Part shown: positions 39,476 to 52,112 of the stretch, in pieces
How the letters are laid out: the number at the start of each line of letters is the position of its first letter
Numbering within the stretch: the first letter of the stretch is position 1
From: Spirochaetales bacterium
GTDB taxonomy: Bacteria > Spirochaetota > Spirochaetia > Sphaerochaetales > Sphaerochaetaceae
DNA length: 64,000 nt
Assembly: GCA_012519115.1 (NCBI GenBank)
Contig: JAAYQW010000050.1
Location: 2,459 to 66,458, forward strand
Direction of reading: 5' to 3'
Translations under genes and position numbers: made by a program
Notes under the pieces: model-generated
The model's input: only the letters and a program-made list of their open reading frames with translations
Databases searched by the model: none
What the model was told of the DNA's origin: nothing

Positions 39476-40578
39476 GGATTAAGCTGCATCGGCATGATGA
39501 TATGCATATAGTCACGCCCGCTTTCCGGCTTTACCGTCATCGACCGGTTCGGTTCAGTAAAGTTGATCGAGAAATATTCCCCTTCCATCACTCGCAACGG
39601 AGTAAGAAGATAGGTGTAGTTCAATGAGATCTTGCAATCCGGTCCTTCATACTGACAAGGAACGATTTCCTTGGCTTCACCGCTTTCACTGACATCGCTC
39701 GTCAACAGGACGCCGCCCTCACTGACATCCAGGAAGAGCCGTTTGGCTTTCGACTCGATCAGGATCGCCACTCGCCGCAATGCATCTTCCATCTCTTGAA
39801 TTTTCATCGTGCATCGATAACTTTGCTGTTCGGGGATGACCCGGCGGAAGTTCGGATACTGTTCCCGGATCAGATTGATATAGAACGTCCGTCCTCCGAT
39901 CCGGGCAAAGAGGATGGATTCTGTGATTGCAAGCTCGACGGTCCCTTCGCCGGTACCGATCTTCCGAAGAATATGGAAAAACTTCGGGAGCACGATGATC
40001 GGCGCGAAGGAAGGCAATCTCTCTTCAAAGACCCGCTCGACGATCGAGAGTCTTCGTCCGTCGGTTGCGACCATCGTTATTCCTCCTTCGCTGCGTTCAA
40101 TATAGATTCCGCAAAGGAAGTATCGGGAGGTATCATCACTGACGGCAAAAATGACTTGTTCGCTCATATCGAGGAAAGAATTTTGAGCAATGCTGAAGAA
40201 CCGATCATTCTCAACCGTTTCAAGAGCGGGAAACTGATCCGCTTCGATCATTCGGATTTTAAAATCGATTCCATGACCGATGGGCACGATCGTGAAATAC
40301 CCGTCTTTTATTGAAAAGTTGATATCTCCATCCGGTAAGACACGAAGGATTTCCAGCAGTTTTTCCTGAAGGACCAGAGCTTTTCCCTCTTCCTGTACAT
40401 CCACCGTGATCGAAGTTGAAAATCCTACTTTACCGTCTGTAGCCTTAATCAGCAGCTGATCGCCAAGAGTCTGAAGGTATACATTGCTGGTAATCGCCAG
40501 ATTGTTCTTTTGCGTGGTGAAATCCACCGTGTATATGATTTCTGAAAGGATTGCTTCTTTGGTTGAGATGAACTTCAT
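39472..40578 (-). CDS. dnaN: DNA polymerase III beta clamp
   Basis: ATDG, SRYFLCG, VATDGRRLS, YPNFRRVIP and HIIMPMQ; directly downstream of dnaA. Confidence 0.96.
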   Translation of the reverse strand: MKFISTKEAILSEIIYTVDFTTQKNNLAITSNVYLQTLGDQLLIKATDGKVGFSTSITVDVQEEGKALVLQEKLLEILRVLPDGDINFSIKDGYFTIVPIGHGIDFKIRMIEADQFPALETVENDRFFSIAQNSFLDMSEQVIFAVSDDTSRYFLCGIYIERSEGGITMVATDGRRLSIVERVFEERLPSFAPIIVLPKFFHILRKIGTGEGTVELAITESILFARIGGRTFYINLIREQYPNFRRVIPEQQSYRCTMKIQEMEDALRRVAILIESKAKRLFLDVSEGGVLLTSDVSESGEAKEIVPCQYEGPDCKISLNYTYLLTPLRVMEGEYFSINFTEPNRSMTVKPESGRDYMHIIMPMQLNP

Positions 40579-40590
40579 CTTACTACTCCT

Positions 40591-40799
40591 ATTTTATTAT
40601 TAATCAGTAATAATAGTAATAATAGCACAGAAACTGTGGATAACTCAGACAATTCATTGTAAAAGAACCGGTTAAATTTTTCTAGCTTGTGGACAGGTTC
40701 AAAAGGTGTCCACAATCCATTCACAGGCAATATTGAGCTATCCACAGGTTTGAAAAGATATCCACACTTCTCCAAGAGGTTATCCCCAGGTTATACAGC
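40591..40799. other. oriC: Chromosomal replication origin (oriC) in the dnaA-dnaN spacer
   Basis: Perfect DnaA box at 40635-40643 next to a trio run CAG-TAA-TAA-TAG-TAA-TAA-TAG (40605-40625) and an AT-rich stretch; further 1-2 mismatch boxes at 40688, 40706, 40738, 40758 and 40780. Confidence 0.88.
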
Positions 40800-42197
40800 T
40801 TAGGAAGAGGTCAGTTGGCGACGCAGCTTATTGACGGTCGCCGCGTATGCTTCATCACCTTTCATCAATGATTCGACCCGGTTGTTTGCATACATCACCG
40901 TAGTGTGGTCGCGGCCGCCGAATTCCATCCCGATTTCCGTCGTTGAAAAATCGGTGATCTGCCGGGCAAGGTACATTGCGATCTGTCTTGGCTGGACCAG
41001 ACTCTTGTTTTTCTTCTTTCCTTTGATCTCGAATGTTGAAACATTGAAGTAATCACCGACCGTTTTGATGATCTCTCCGATGGAAAGAGTGTCTCGAGCG
41101 ATATTGGCCATCGCGGGAAGAATGCCCAGAAGCTGTTTCGCTTTCTCGAACGTCAGCTCTTCGCCGATCAGATCCATATAGGCGACGAGCTTCGTCAACG
41201 ACGATTCAAGGTCCCGGACGTTGGTCACAACATTAAAGGCAATGTAATTGATGATGTCCTCTGAAAGGGTTGAACCATGTTCCTGGAGCTTCTTTTTAAG
41301 GATTGCGACCCTTGTTTCATAGTTTGGCGGTTGGAGGTCGACATTCAGTCCTCGTTCAAACCGGGAAGAAAGACGATCGGTGATATTCTTCAATTCACTG
41401 ATCGGGCGGTCGCAGGTGAACACCATCTGCTTCTTTGCTTCATAGAGGTTGTTGAAGGTGTGAAAGAGTTCTTCCTGGGTGGAATCCTTGCCTTGGAGAA
41501 AGTGAATATCATCGATCAGCAGGACATCGACATTTCTGAACTTGTTCTTGAACTGCTGGGTTTTTTGATTTCCGATCGACTCGATGAATTCGTTGGTAAA
41601 CGTTTCGGCGGTCACGTACATCACTTTGCACTCGGGAGCATGATCGAGAATGTAGTTGCCGATTGAACTGAGGAGATGGGTCTTTCCGAGGCCCACATCG
41701 CCGTAGATCAGACAGGGGTTGTAGCTCGAGCCTGGATTCTTTGCGATCGCCAGGCTCGCATTGTACGCGAATGCGGAGTTGTCACCGAGGACGAAGGATT
41801 CGAACTCATAGGAAGGGTTCAAATTCGCCTCGCTCTTCCGTTTGGAAATCTTCTTTGCAAGGTCACCGGCTTTCTTCTCTTTTCGCGCTTCCCCACTCAT
41901 TTCACCGCCGTCCGTCGATTGGGCGGGACGTTTTCCTTTGTCGGATACGACGAACTCGACGGTAATCTCTTCACCGGTAAGTTCGCTGAGGGTATTAGCG
42001 ATGATCGATCGATAACGGGTCGTTACGGTATCGAGGACAAATTGACTGGGACCAGCGAGGGTGACCTCCCCTTTTTTAGAGGAGAGATAGGAGATTCGGC
42101 TGAACCAGGTGGAAAATTCCTGAGGAGGAAGGGTTTCCTGTATTCGTTTTGCCGTCTCCAGCCAGAACTCGTAATAGGTTGTTTGTTGGTCGCTCAT
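40800..42197 (-). CDS. dnaA: Chromosomal replication initiator DnaA
   Basis: YNPCLIYGDVGLGKTHL, LLIDDIHF, QEELFHTFN, NVRDLE, PRQIAMYL and GGRDHTTV; start at 42197. Confidence 0.98.
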   Translation of the reverse strand: MSDQQTTYYEFWLETAKRIQETLPPQEFSTWFSRISYLSSKKGEVTLAGPSQFVLDTVTTRYRSIIANTLSELTGEEITVEFVVSDKGKRPAQSTDGGEMSGEARKEKKAGDLAKKISKRKSEANLNPSYEFESFVLGDNSAFAYNASLAIAKNPGSSYNPCLIYGDVGLGKTHLLSSIGNYILDHAPECKVMYVTAETFTNEFIESIGNQKTQQFKNKFRNVDVLLIDDIHFLQGKDSTQEELFHTFNNLYEAKKQMVFTCDRPISELKNITDRLSSRFERGLNVDLQPPNYETRVAILKKKLQEHGSTLSEDIINYIAFNVVTNVRDLESSLTKLVAYMDLIGEELTFEKAKQLLGILPAMANIARDTLSIGEIIKTVGDYFNVSTFEIKGKKKNKSLVQPRQIAMYLARQITDFSTTEIGMEFGGRDHTTVMYANNRVESLMKGDEAYAATVNKLRRQLTSS

Positions 42198-42317
42198 ACC
42201 ACCTATTCTATCGTTGAGTGAACAACGGTGCAAGCATTCTCTGTCCGAGTGGTTTTAGGTAGGTGTAACTCATTATCATGAAAGTATATATATTTTGTCA
42301 AAAACCTCCAAGGCAGC

Positions 42318-42346
42318 TTGCAACACTTTGTTATTTCTGGTACAAT
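42318..42346 (+). promoter_or_regulatory. Sigma70-type promoter of gyrB
   Basis: TTGCAA-N17-TACAAT. Confidence 0.65.
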
Positions 42347-42366
42347 TTATCGAATGGAAGTTATGA

Positions 42367-44427
<2,061 letters not shown>

Positions 44428-44441
44428 GCAAGGATAGAATT

Positions 44442-46967
44442 GTGGATACGATGGAAAACAGGACGATTAAAGTGGATGTAGCGGAAGAGATGCGCACAAG
44501 CTATCTCAACTACGCGATGAGCGTGATCGTCAGCCGGGCTCTGCCCGATGTGCGCGATGGACTCAAGCCGGTCCATCGTCGAATTCTCTATGATATGTAT
44601 GAGATGGGCCTCAGGGCCAACTCATCCTATAAGAAAAGCGCCCGCATCGTCGGAGATGTCCTGGGTAAGTATCACCCCCATGGCGATGCTTCCGTGTATG
44701 ACGCTCTGGTCCGGCTCGCTCAGGATTTCTCGCTTCGGTATCCGGTGGTGAACCCCCAGGGCAACTTCGGATCCATCGACGGAGATCCCGCGGCGGCGAT
44801 GCGGTATACCGAAGCGAAGATGAGCCGCATCGGCGAAGAGATGCTCAGCGACATTCAAAAAGAAACCGTCGACTTCAAGCCGAACTACGATGATTCGTTG
44901 ACCGAGCCCTCCGTCCTCCCCGGCGCGTTTCCGTTCCTTCTGGCCAACGGGTCGAGCGGAATCGCCGTCGGCATGGCGACGAACATGGCTCCGCACAACC
45001 TTCAGGAGATTTGTGCCGCCGCCAACGCTCTGATTGATAATCCCGAAATAACGTTGATGGAGCTTATGGAGCACATCAAGGGCCCCGACTTCCCGTCAGG
45101 AGGAGTGATTTGCGGGATGAGAGGCATCGTGGATGCTTTTTCAACGGGTCGAGGGCGGATCATCACCCGAGGGAAGTATGAGATCGAAGAGACCGCCCGC
45201 GGAAACGATGCGATCGTCTTCACGGAAATTCCCTATCAAGTGAATAAAGCGGACTTGGTGAAAAAGATCGACGATCTTCGGAAAGACGGATCGATTCCCA
45301 TGATCAGCACGATTCGCGATGAATCCGACCGCAACGGTATTCGGATCGTCATCGAATTGAAGATGGGCGCCGAAGTGATGGTCGTCTTGAACCAGCTCTT
45401 CCAGCGGACCGCTCTTCAGTCGAACTTCAACGTCAACAATCTCGCCCTGGTCGATGGACGACCTCAGCTCCTTGGGCTCAAGGATATGCTCTACTACTAT
45501 GTAAAGCATCGCCAAGATGTCGTAACGAGACGGACGACGTACGATCTTCGCAAAGCCCAAGAACGAGCTCATATCCTTCGCGGTCTCAAGATTGGTCTGG
45601 AGAATATCGATGAAGTGATCCGGATCATCAAAGACTCGCCTGACAACAGCGTTGCGTGCCGGCGGTTGATCGCCACCTTCGCTCTTGATGAAATCCAAGC
45701 TCAGGCGATCATTGACATGCGCCTTGGCCGGCTCAGCCATCTTGAATCCTCCAAGATTCTTGAAGAGCTGGCTGAACTCGAAGCAAAAATCGCCTACTAC
45801 AATGAGCTTCTTTCGGATGAAGGAAAGCTGATGGGAGTCGTACAGGCGGAAATCAATGAGTTGCCGCAAAATCTCGCACCGCGGGATAAGAGAAGAACCG
45901 AGATCACCATCGAGGAGCTTGGTCAGGCGACGATGGCCGACTTCATCAAGGAGGAGGACGTTGTCGTCCTGATCTCCAACAAGGGCTTCGCCAAGCGGGT
46001 CCCCACGGAGGAGTATGAGGCACGCGGACGCGCCGGAATGGGCGTTCGCAGCGCGAAACTTCAAGACGGAGACTTCATCGACCACATGTTCGTCGCCTCG
46101 ACCCACGATTACGTCATGTTCGTGACCAATATGGGCAAGGCGTACTACACCAAAGTCTTTGATATTCCCGAAGCGGGAAAATATGCCAAGGGCGTTTCGA
46201 TCAAGAACTTCATTCAAATTGAAACCGAAGAGAAGGTAACGTCGATCATCTGCTTCAAGGAGTTCACCGAGGATCAATACTTGATGATGGCCACTTTGTA
46301 TGGAGTAACGAAGAAAGTATCTCTCCAGAACTTCATCAACGCCCGAGCTCGAGGCATCTGGGCGATCGTCCTGGATGAGGGCGATCAGCTGCTTTCCTGT
46401 GAGCTGGTGGAAGATGGCGACGAAGTGATGTTCATCACCAAAGGCGCACGGGCTCTTCGCTTCCAAAGCGACCAGGTCCGGGCGATGGGTCGGGCAACCC
46501 GAGGGGTGCGAGGCATTCGCCTCGTTGATGGTGACCAGCTTGCTGGAATGGTGAAAGTCGAAGAAGGGAAACATGTTCTCGTGATCACGGCGAATGGGCA
46601 AGGCAAACGGGTGGAATTCGATGCGTTCATGCCCCACAATCGAGGAACTCAGGGCCAGCGGATCCTCAGGCTGAGAAAGAACGACGAGATCATCGGAGTT
46701 CTTGGCGTCAGTGAAGAGGAAGATGTCGTCTGCGTTACCCTCTTGGGACAGACACTCAGAATTCACGTCGATACGATCCCTGTCCAAGGCAGAAACGCCG
46801 GTGGTGTACGAACCGTCCGGATGAAGTGGGATGAGGACTCGATCGTGGCGATCGCCTCGACCGATCGCGACGATGAAGCTGATGTGGAAATCCCCGATGA
46901 GGAAGAGGACCGGACTGACGACGATGACAACGATCTCGAGGGCAATAACGATGCTGACGAAGAATAG
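44442..46967 (+). CDS. gyrA: DNA gyrase subunit A
   Basis: [30 protein letters not shown], beta-pinwheel repeats and an acidic tail; start may be 44451. Confidence 0.96.
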   Translation: MDTMENRTIKVDVAEEMRTSYLNYAMSVIVSRALPDVRDGLKPVHRRILYDMYEMGLRANSSYKKSARIVGDVLGKYHPHGDASVYDALVRLAQDFSLRYPVVNPQGNFGSIDGDPAAAMRYTEAKMSRIGEEMLSDIQKETVDFKPNYDDSLTEPSVLPGAFPFLLANGSSGIAVGMATNMAPHNLQEICAAANALIDNPEITLMELMEHIKGPDFPSGGVICGMRGIVDAFSTGRGRIITRGKYEIEETARGNDAIVFTEIPYQVNKADLVKKIDDLRKDGSIPMISTIRDESDRNGIRIVIELKMGAEVMVVLNQLFQRTALQSNFNVNNLALVDGRPQLLGLKDMLYYYVKHRQDVVTRRTTYDLRKAQERAHILRGLKIGLENIDEVIRIIKDSPDNSVACRRLIATFALDEIQAQAIIDMRLGRLSHLESSKILEELAELEAKIAYYNELLSDEGKLMGVVQAEINELPQNLAPRDKRRTEITIEELGQATMADFIKEEDVVVLISNKGFAKRVPTEEYEARGRAGMGVRSAKLQDGDFIDHMFVASTHDYVMFVTNMGKAYYTKVFDIPEAGKYAKGVSIKNFIQIETEEKVTSIICFKEFTEDQYLMMATLYGVTKKVSLQNFINARARGIWAIVLDEGDQLLSCELVEDGDEVMFITKGARALRFQSDQVRAMGRATRGVRGIRLVDGDQLAGMVKVEEGKHVLVITANGQGKRVEFDAFMPHNRGTQGQRILRLRKNDEIIGVLGVSEEEDVVCVTLLGQTLRIHVDTIPVQGRNAGGVRTVRMKWDEDSIVAIASTDRDDEADVEIPDEEEDRTDDDDNDLEGNNDADEE

Positions 46968-47000
46968 GATCAGATAGATCTTTTCAAGCAAACAAACAAT

Positions 47001-47038
47001 AACCACGTCGTCTATCCTATCAAAACGACGCGGTTTCT
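47001..47038 (+). terminator. Hairpin after gyrA, possible terminator
   Basis: AACCACGTCGT...ACGACGCGGTT stem followed by only a short pyrimidine run. Confidence 0.45.
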
Positions 47039-47288
47039 CATTGAAACGAGGAGGCATATAGAATATAGCTCAGAGCGATATATCAGTACAACAATCAGAT
47101 ACAATCTCTAAACATATCTGTTTCTGTTTATAGAAACCCGGCTAAAAACCATCAAACTACGCATTTAAATGCAGGTTTTGGCGCATCCAGAATGTTTGGG
47201 AAATAAACCAAGCAAAACCATAAAACAGGACCTCTTGAACAGATCAAGAGGCATAAGAGTACAATCAGTTTGTGCTAATCCCAACAGA

Positions 47289-47304
47289 TGTTTCACGTGA
47301 AACG
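47289..47304. promoter_or_regulatory. parS: parS site 1
   Basis: TGTTTCACGTGAAACG, one mismatch to the 16-bp palindrome. Confidence 0.9.
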
Positions 47305-47596
47305 CACCCTTTATCCGTATCGCCATCACTACACCCCAGTGAAGATCCTCTCTACACCTAAAACAAACAAATGAGAAAAACGTTACGGGATTTGATTGTC
47401 ATTCGTAAAACACGCACGAATAGAACGAACCTCCCCGCTTGTCCATTTGTTCGTCACATAGATACTATACCATAAAACAAAATGGCGTACAACATAATTA
47501 TTCTGATAGTATGAGAAAAAAAATACCTGGCTGGGATGGAGGGCAATGTATTGACGGAACGTATGATTAGGAGAAATGCGAGTGTAGGAAAAGGGA

Positions 47597-47612
47597 TGTT
47601 TCACGTGAAACA
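47597..47612. promoter_or_regulatory. parS: parS site 2
   Basis: TGTTTCACGTGAAACA, perfect palindrome. Confidence 0.95.
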
Positions 47613-47627
47613 AAAAACGTCTCACGA

Positions 47628-47643
47628 TGTTTCACGTGAAACG
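47628..47643. promoter_or_regulatory. parS: parS site 3
   Basis: TGTTTCACGTGAAACG, 31 bp from site 2. Confidence 0.9.
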
Positions 47644-47672
47644 TTCCTTATTTGTGATGATCGGGGTGTGGG

Positions 47673-47897
47673 CTACCGCTCGTTAACCACGTTAAGGTTA
47701 GGATCGACAAAGTTGCGCAAATAGCGCTCCACTCCCCCTTTGAGAGTCATTTGCGACATTGGGCAGCCGGCACAAGCTCCGACGAGTCGAACAGTTACGT
47801 CATTTCCAACGAGACTGACGAACTCAATATCTCCACCGTCATTCTGCAAAGCAGGACGAATATCCTGAAGTGCTTGTTTGACTTTATCTTCCATCAT
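47673..47897 (-). CDS. NifU/Nfu C-terminal domain Fe-S carrier protein
   Basis: IRPALQNDGGDIE...GACAGCPMSQMTLK; AGGAGG SD. Confidence 0.9.
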   Translation of the reverse strand: MMEDKVKQALQDIRPALQNDGGDIEFVSLVGNDVTVRLVGACAGCPMSQMTLKGGVERYLRNFVDPNLNVVNER

Positions 47898-47990
47898 GGA
47901 TACCTCCTATGGGTTAAGAGAAAGATACATTGTAGATAGATAACGGTCAAGGCGGTGACAGATTGGAAACATTTGAGTATAGTATCAACT

Positions 47991-48752
47991 ATGAAGACAA
48001 AGATTATCTTGTTTTTGAATCAAAAAGGAGGAGTCGGTAAAACGACTTCAGCGATCAATCTGGGCGCCTCCTTAGCGGAGTTGGGCAAGAGAACACTATT
48101 GATTGATATCGACTCCCAGGGAAACCTCACCAGCGGCGTCGGCTTGGATGCCCGGAAACCCGGAGTGTATGAAGTACTTGCCGGCAGCGCAGAGCTTGAC
48201 GATGTGATTCAGCAGACTGCCGTCAGGAATCTTTATGCGATCGGCAGCAACATTCATATGGCCGGACTTGCCATCGAGCTGGTGAATCAGGATCGGCGCG
48301 AATACTATATTCGGGATGCCTTTTCACCCCTTGAGGGGAAATGGGATTATATCATCATCGATTGTCCTCCATCATTAGGTCTTGTAACCATCAATGCGAT
48401 GGTGTGGGCCAATGAGATCATCATCCCGATGCAAAGTGAATATTTCGCCATGGAAGGATTGACGCTTTTGATGCATACGATCGGAAATATCAAAAAATCA
48501 TTGAATCCGGAGTTGGAAATCTTGGGCATTCTCTTTACGATGTACAGCAAACGGACCCGGCTCTCACGGGATGTCGTCGATGATATCGTCTCCTATTTTG
48601 ATGATCTAGTATTTAATACGATGATTCCTCGGAATATCCGCCTGGCCGAAGCTCCCAGCCATGGTTTACCGATCAATCAGTATGACAGCTCCTGCAACGG
48701 GGCGAAGGCGTATCGAGCATTGGCGAAGGAGGTCATTAAACGTGGAAAGTAA
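47991..48752 (+). CDS. parA: ParA/Soj ATPase
   Basis: NQKGGVGKTT, IDIDSQGN, IDCPPSLG and IPRNIRLAEAPSHG. Confidence 0.96.
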   Translation: MKTKIILFLNQKGGVGKTTSAINLGASLAELGKRTLLIDIDSQGNLTSGVGLDARKPGVYEVLAGSAELDDVIQQTAVRNLYAIGSNIHMAGLAIELVNQDRREYYIRDAFSPLEGKWDYIIIDCPPSLGLVTINAMVWANEIIIPMQSEYFAMEGLTLLMHTIGNIKKSLNPELEILGILFTMYSKRTRLSRDVVDDIVSYFDDLVFNTMIPRNIRLAEAPSHGLPINQYDSSCNGAKAYRALAKEVIKRGK

Positions 48753-49671
48753 GCGAAAAATCGGATTGGGTAAAGGCATCGGTTCATTGATGCAAGACTT
48801 CTCCTATGATTCGGTGTTGGATAACGCCTTGAGTTCGAGCAAAAAGGAAGAGAAGGGAGATCGTGTTCTGGAAGTGGACCTTGATGCGGTCCGCCCCAAC
48901 CCCAACCAGCCTCGGAAAGAGTTCGACAGCGCAACGCTGGAAGAGTTGGCCCAATCGATAAGGCGGGAAGGTGTGCTGCAGCCGATTCTGGTCGAAGAGA
49001 TCGGCCCGAATCGCTATTCGATCGTAGCCGGTGAGCGCCGGTACCGGGCATCGAAGATGGCCGGTTTGAAAACCATCCCCGTGCTGGTAAAAGATGTAAC
49101 GCAGATGCAGCGGCTTGAAATCTCTCTGATCGAGAATATCCAACGGGAATCACTCAACCCGATCGAGGAAGCGCAGGCATATGCCTACCTGATCCAGGAA
49201 GCCGGAATTACCCAGGAAGAGCTTGCCCGAAGATTGGGCAAGAATCGATCGACGATCAGCAACAGCATCCGTCTGCTTCAACTCAGCCCTGTGATGCAGG
49301 AAGAGCTTTTGAAAGGCAAGTTCACCGCCGGACACGCTCGCGCGATTCTCTCGGTCGTAAACCCCGCTGATCGGGAGATTCTGTATAAAACCTTGTTGGA
49401 ACGAGATTTATCGGTTCGAGCAACCGAGGAGATGGCCTCCCAGTTCAACCAGGGCAGGCGAGTGGCGCATCAAAAGAAGAAACGCTCCAAAAAAGAAGTT
49501 GAAAAGAGTCTGGAGGTTCTCGCCGCCGAGGAAAGCTTTTTGATGGCGCTCGGCACCCAAGTCGAAATCAAAGGGACGATCAAGAAAGGCAGGATTGAAA
49601 TCCCGTTTTCCAGCACGGAAGAACTGGAGCGGATCTACCAGATACTGGTTCCTAATGAGCATTTGTTTTAA
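48742..49671 (+). CDS. parB: ParB/Spo0J partition protein
   Basis: GLGKG N-terminal peptide, [30 protein letters not shown] and HTH; GTG start after a GGAGG SD. Confidence 0.96.
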   Translation: MESKRKIGLGKGIGSLMQDFSYDSVLDNALSSSKKEEKGDRVLEVDLDAVRPNPNQPRKEFDSATLEELAQSIRREGVLQPILVEEIGPNRYSIVAGERRYRASKMAGLKTIPVLVKDVTQMQRLEISLIENIQRESLNPIEEAQAYAYLIQEAGITQEELARRLGKNRSTISNSIRLLQLSPVMQEELLKGKFTAGHARAILSVVNPADREILYKTLLERDLSVRATEEMASQFNQGRRVAHQKKKRSKKEVEKSLEVLAAEESFLMALGTQVEIKGTIKKGRIEIPFSSTEELERIYQILVPNEHLF

Positions 49672-49682
49672 GGAAGGAATTC

Positions 49683-50624
49683 ATGGATAAGAATACCCTG
49701 AAGGACGGCCTCTATGCCGTTATGCATACGAGCAAGGGCGATATCGTGCTCGCCCTTGAATATAAGAAAACGCCGATGACCGTTGCGAACTTCGTCGGTC
49801 TGGCCGAAGGGAGTCTGAACAAGGACAAACCCTTCTACGATGGATTAAAGTTTCACCGGGTGATTGCGAACTTCATGATTCAAGGCGGGTGTCCGTACGG
49901 AACGGGAACCGGTGGACCGGGGTATAAGTTCGGTGATGAATTCGATCCTTCCTTGAAGCACGATCGGGCGGGAATTCTTTCGATGGCGAACAGTGGTCCC
50001 GGAACGAATGGAAGCCAATTTTTCATCACCCATGTGGAAACCCCCTGGCTTGACAATAAACATTCAATCTTCGGTAACGTCGTCGAAGGCCAGAAAGTCG
50101 TCGATTCAATCGTGCAAGGCGATACGATCAAGAAGGTTGAGATTCTCCGAGTCGGCAGAGATGCGGAAGCCTTCAAGGTTACTAAACAATCCTTTGCAGC
50201 ATATATAGTTGAGGCAGAAAAGAAACAAAAGAAGGCAGCTGGAGAAGCACGGAAGAACGTCGAGGCCGAGCTGAAGAATCGTTATCCTGAAGCGATCTCC
50301 ACGAAAACGGGCCTTAGGTATGTAGTGAAGAAGAAGGGCGATGGAGAGCGCTTTCCGAAGACGGGAGCCCGTGTAAAGGTCCACTATCAAGGCTCCCTGC
50401 TTGACGGTCGAATCTTTGACTCGTCGATTCAGCGAGGCGAACCGACGGAGGTCCGGATCGGAGAAGTGATCGAGGGATGGAATGAGGCGCTTGTGACGAT
50501 GAGCGTGGGTGAAGAGCGAACCCTCATCATCCCGCCTGAGCTCAGTTACGGCGAGATGGGGTATCCGGGGATCATTCCTCCGAACTCTTACCTGATCTTC
50601 GAGGTCCACCTTCTCTCCTTCTAA
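49683..50624 (+). CDS. Dual-family PPIase (cyclophilin-FKBP fusion)
   Basis: [13 protein letters not shown] and [18 protein letters not shown] (cyclophilin); [25 protein letters not shown] and IPPELSYG (FKBP). Confidence 0.92.
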   Translation: MDKNTLKDGLYAVMHTSKGDIVLALEYKKTPMTVANFVGLAEGSLNKDKPFYDGLKFHRVIANFMIQGGCPYGTGTGGPGYKFGDEFDPSLKHDRAGILSMANSGPGTNGSQFFITHVETPWLDNKHSIFGNVVEGQKVVDSIVQGDTIKKVEILRVGRDAEAFKVTKQSFAAYIVEAEKKQKKAAGEARKNVEAELKNRYPEAISTKTGLRYVVKKKGDGERFPKTGARVKVHYQGSLLDGRIFDSSIQRGEPTEVRIGEVIEGWNEALVTMSVGEERTLIIPPELSYGEMGYPGIIPPNSYLIFEVHLLSF

Positions 50625-50635
50625 AGGGGGCTGAT

Positions 50636-51991
50636 TTGGCAAAAAGAAGCGGCGATCTGCAATTCGTATGCTCACATTGCGGCAGGACCGAGTCAAAATG
50701 GCTTGGTCGCTGCCCTGATTGCGGTTCGTGGAACAGTTTTGAAGAAGAACTCATCATCGCTCCCACAAAAGGAGCGCAGCCGCTCAGTACGGATGAAGAG
50801 CCGGTAAGTCTGGAGAATGTGGTCGTCGATCCTCAATTCCGCTATGCCAGCGGTATCAGCGAATTGGATCGAGTCCTTGGCGGAGGAGTGATGAAGGGCT
50901 CCTCAGTGCTTATCGGAGGCGAGCCGGGAATCGGGAAGTCCACCTTGATGCTTCAGCTCCTTCAAAGCGCCCAGCGAACCTCCAAGGTGCTCTACGTGAG
51001 CGGAGAAGAGTCGCCCTCGCAGGTGAAAATGCGAGCCCAGCGCCTCGGTTTGCATTTGGGCAAGATCAATATCTTCTGCGATACCAGGCTGGAAGTGCTT
51101 GAAAAGGTGCTACCAAGTTCAAAAGCTACACTCATAGTGATAGATTCCCTCCAAACGCTCAGCAGCGATACACTGCCTTCGCCTGCGGGATCGGTGAACC
51201 AGATCAGGCACTGCTCCAATGCGTTGGTCAGTTTGGCGAAGCGATTGGGTATCAGTCTGTTTTTTGTCGCCCACGTCACCAAAGAAGGAACGATTGCGGG
51301 GCCCAAGGTCATTGAACACCTGGTCGATACAGTCCTGTATTTCGATCAGCTGCCTTCGGGGATCCGCCTCATCCGGGCGGCAAAAAACCGTTTTGGAAGC
51401 GTCGATGAGATCGGGCTGTTCTCAATGGATGAAAAAGGCCTTCATCCGGTAGCGAATCCTGCATCCTTTTTTCTCTCCGACCGAGCGGAAGGTCCATTGC
51501 CTCCGGGGGTCGCCTACAGTGCGGTGGCGGAAGGAACCCGTTCGTTTCTGGTGGAAGTCCAAGCGCTCACCGTTCCCGCCAAAAGCGGCTTCAGCAGGAT
51601 TTACTCCGATCGGATCGACAGCGCCCGCGTTACCCGGGTCGCCGCGGTGCTTGAACGACACGCAGGTCTGCGTTTCAGCGATCAAGACCTCTACGTGAAC
51701 GTCGGCGGAGGAATGAAGGTGGGAGAAGTCGCCATCGAACTGGCTCTTGCCCTCGCTCTGTATTCGGCGCTCACCCAAACGAGCCTGCCGAAAGATCTGG
51801 TGAGCTTCGGAGAGTTGAGCCTCTCGGGAGAGATTCGTCCTGTCGGGTTCATCCAGCGCCGGGAGAAGACGGCAAAAGAACTCGGCTTTACCAGATCCTT
51901 AGTTAGTAAGGCTTCCAAACAATCTTCCCTGACTCAGTATGGAGCTCGAACGATTCGGGAAGCCCTTAATGCCATTCAAGAGATGCATTGA
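50636..51991 (+). CDS. radA: DNA repair protein RadA/Sms
   Basis: CSHCG...CPDCG zinc finger, GGEPGIGKSTL, KNRFG and a Lon-like C-terminal domain. Confidence 0.96.
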   Translation: MAKRSGDLQFVCSHCGRTESKWLGRCPDCGSWNSFEEELIIAPTKGAQPLSTDEEPVSLENVVVDPQFRYASGISELDRVLGGGVMKGSSVLIGGEPGIGKSTLMLQLLQSAQRTSKVLYVSGEESPSQVKMRAQRLGLHLGKINIFCDTRLEVLEKVLPSSKATLIVIDSLQTLSSDTLPSPAGSVNQIRHCSNALVSLAKRLGISLFFVAHVTKEGTIAGPKVIEHLVDTVLYFDQLPSGIRLIRAAKNRFGSVDEIGLFSMDEKGLHPVANPASFFLSDRAEGPLPPGVAYSAVAEGTRSFLVEVQALTVPAKSGFSRIYSDRIDSARVTRVAAVLERHAGLRFSDQDLYVNVGGGMKVGEVAIELALALALYSALTQTSLPKDLVSFGELSLSGEIRPVGFIQRREKTAKELGFTRSLVSKASKQSSLTQYGARTIREALNAIQEMH

Positions 51992-52112
51992 TCATATAAT
52001 AAACGATCCTAACTATTATAATTATTTATAATCAAACATATTAAAACTAAGATAAATGATTGAGGAAATCCGATTCCTTATTTGTTATGATTCCTAACAA
52101 AAGCGATTGCCC

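Noticed and set aside
45141-47057. 638-aa minus-strand ORF
   Set aside because: Antisense shadow of gyrA with no recognisable motifs; long antisense frames are expected at this GC content
47289-47643. Palindromic repeats as a CRISPR array
   Set aside because: They are 16-bp parS matches with irregular spacing, next to parAB, and no cas genes are present
47383-47724. Short ORFs in the parS island (80 aa minus strand, 62 aa plus strand)
   Set aside because: They contain FHVKH/FHVKQ/VSRET, which are translations of parS palindromes, and have atypical composition
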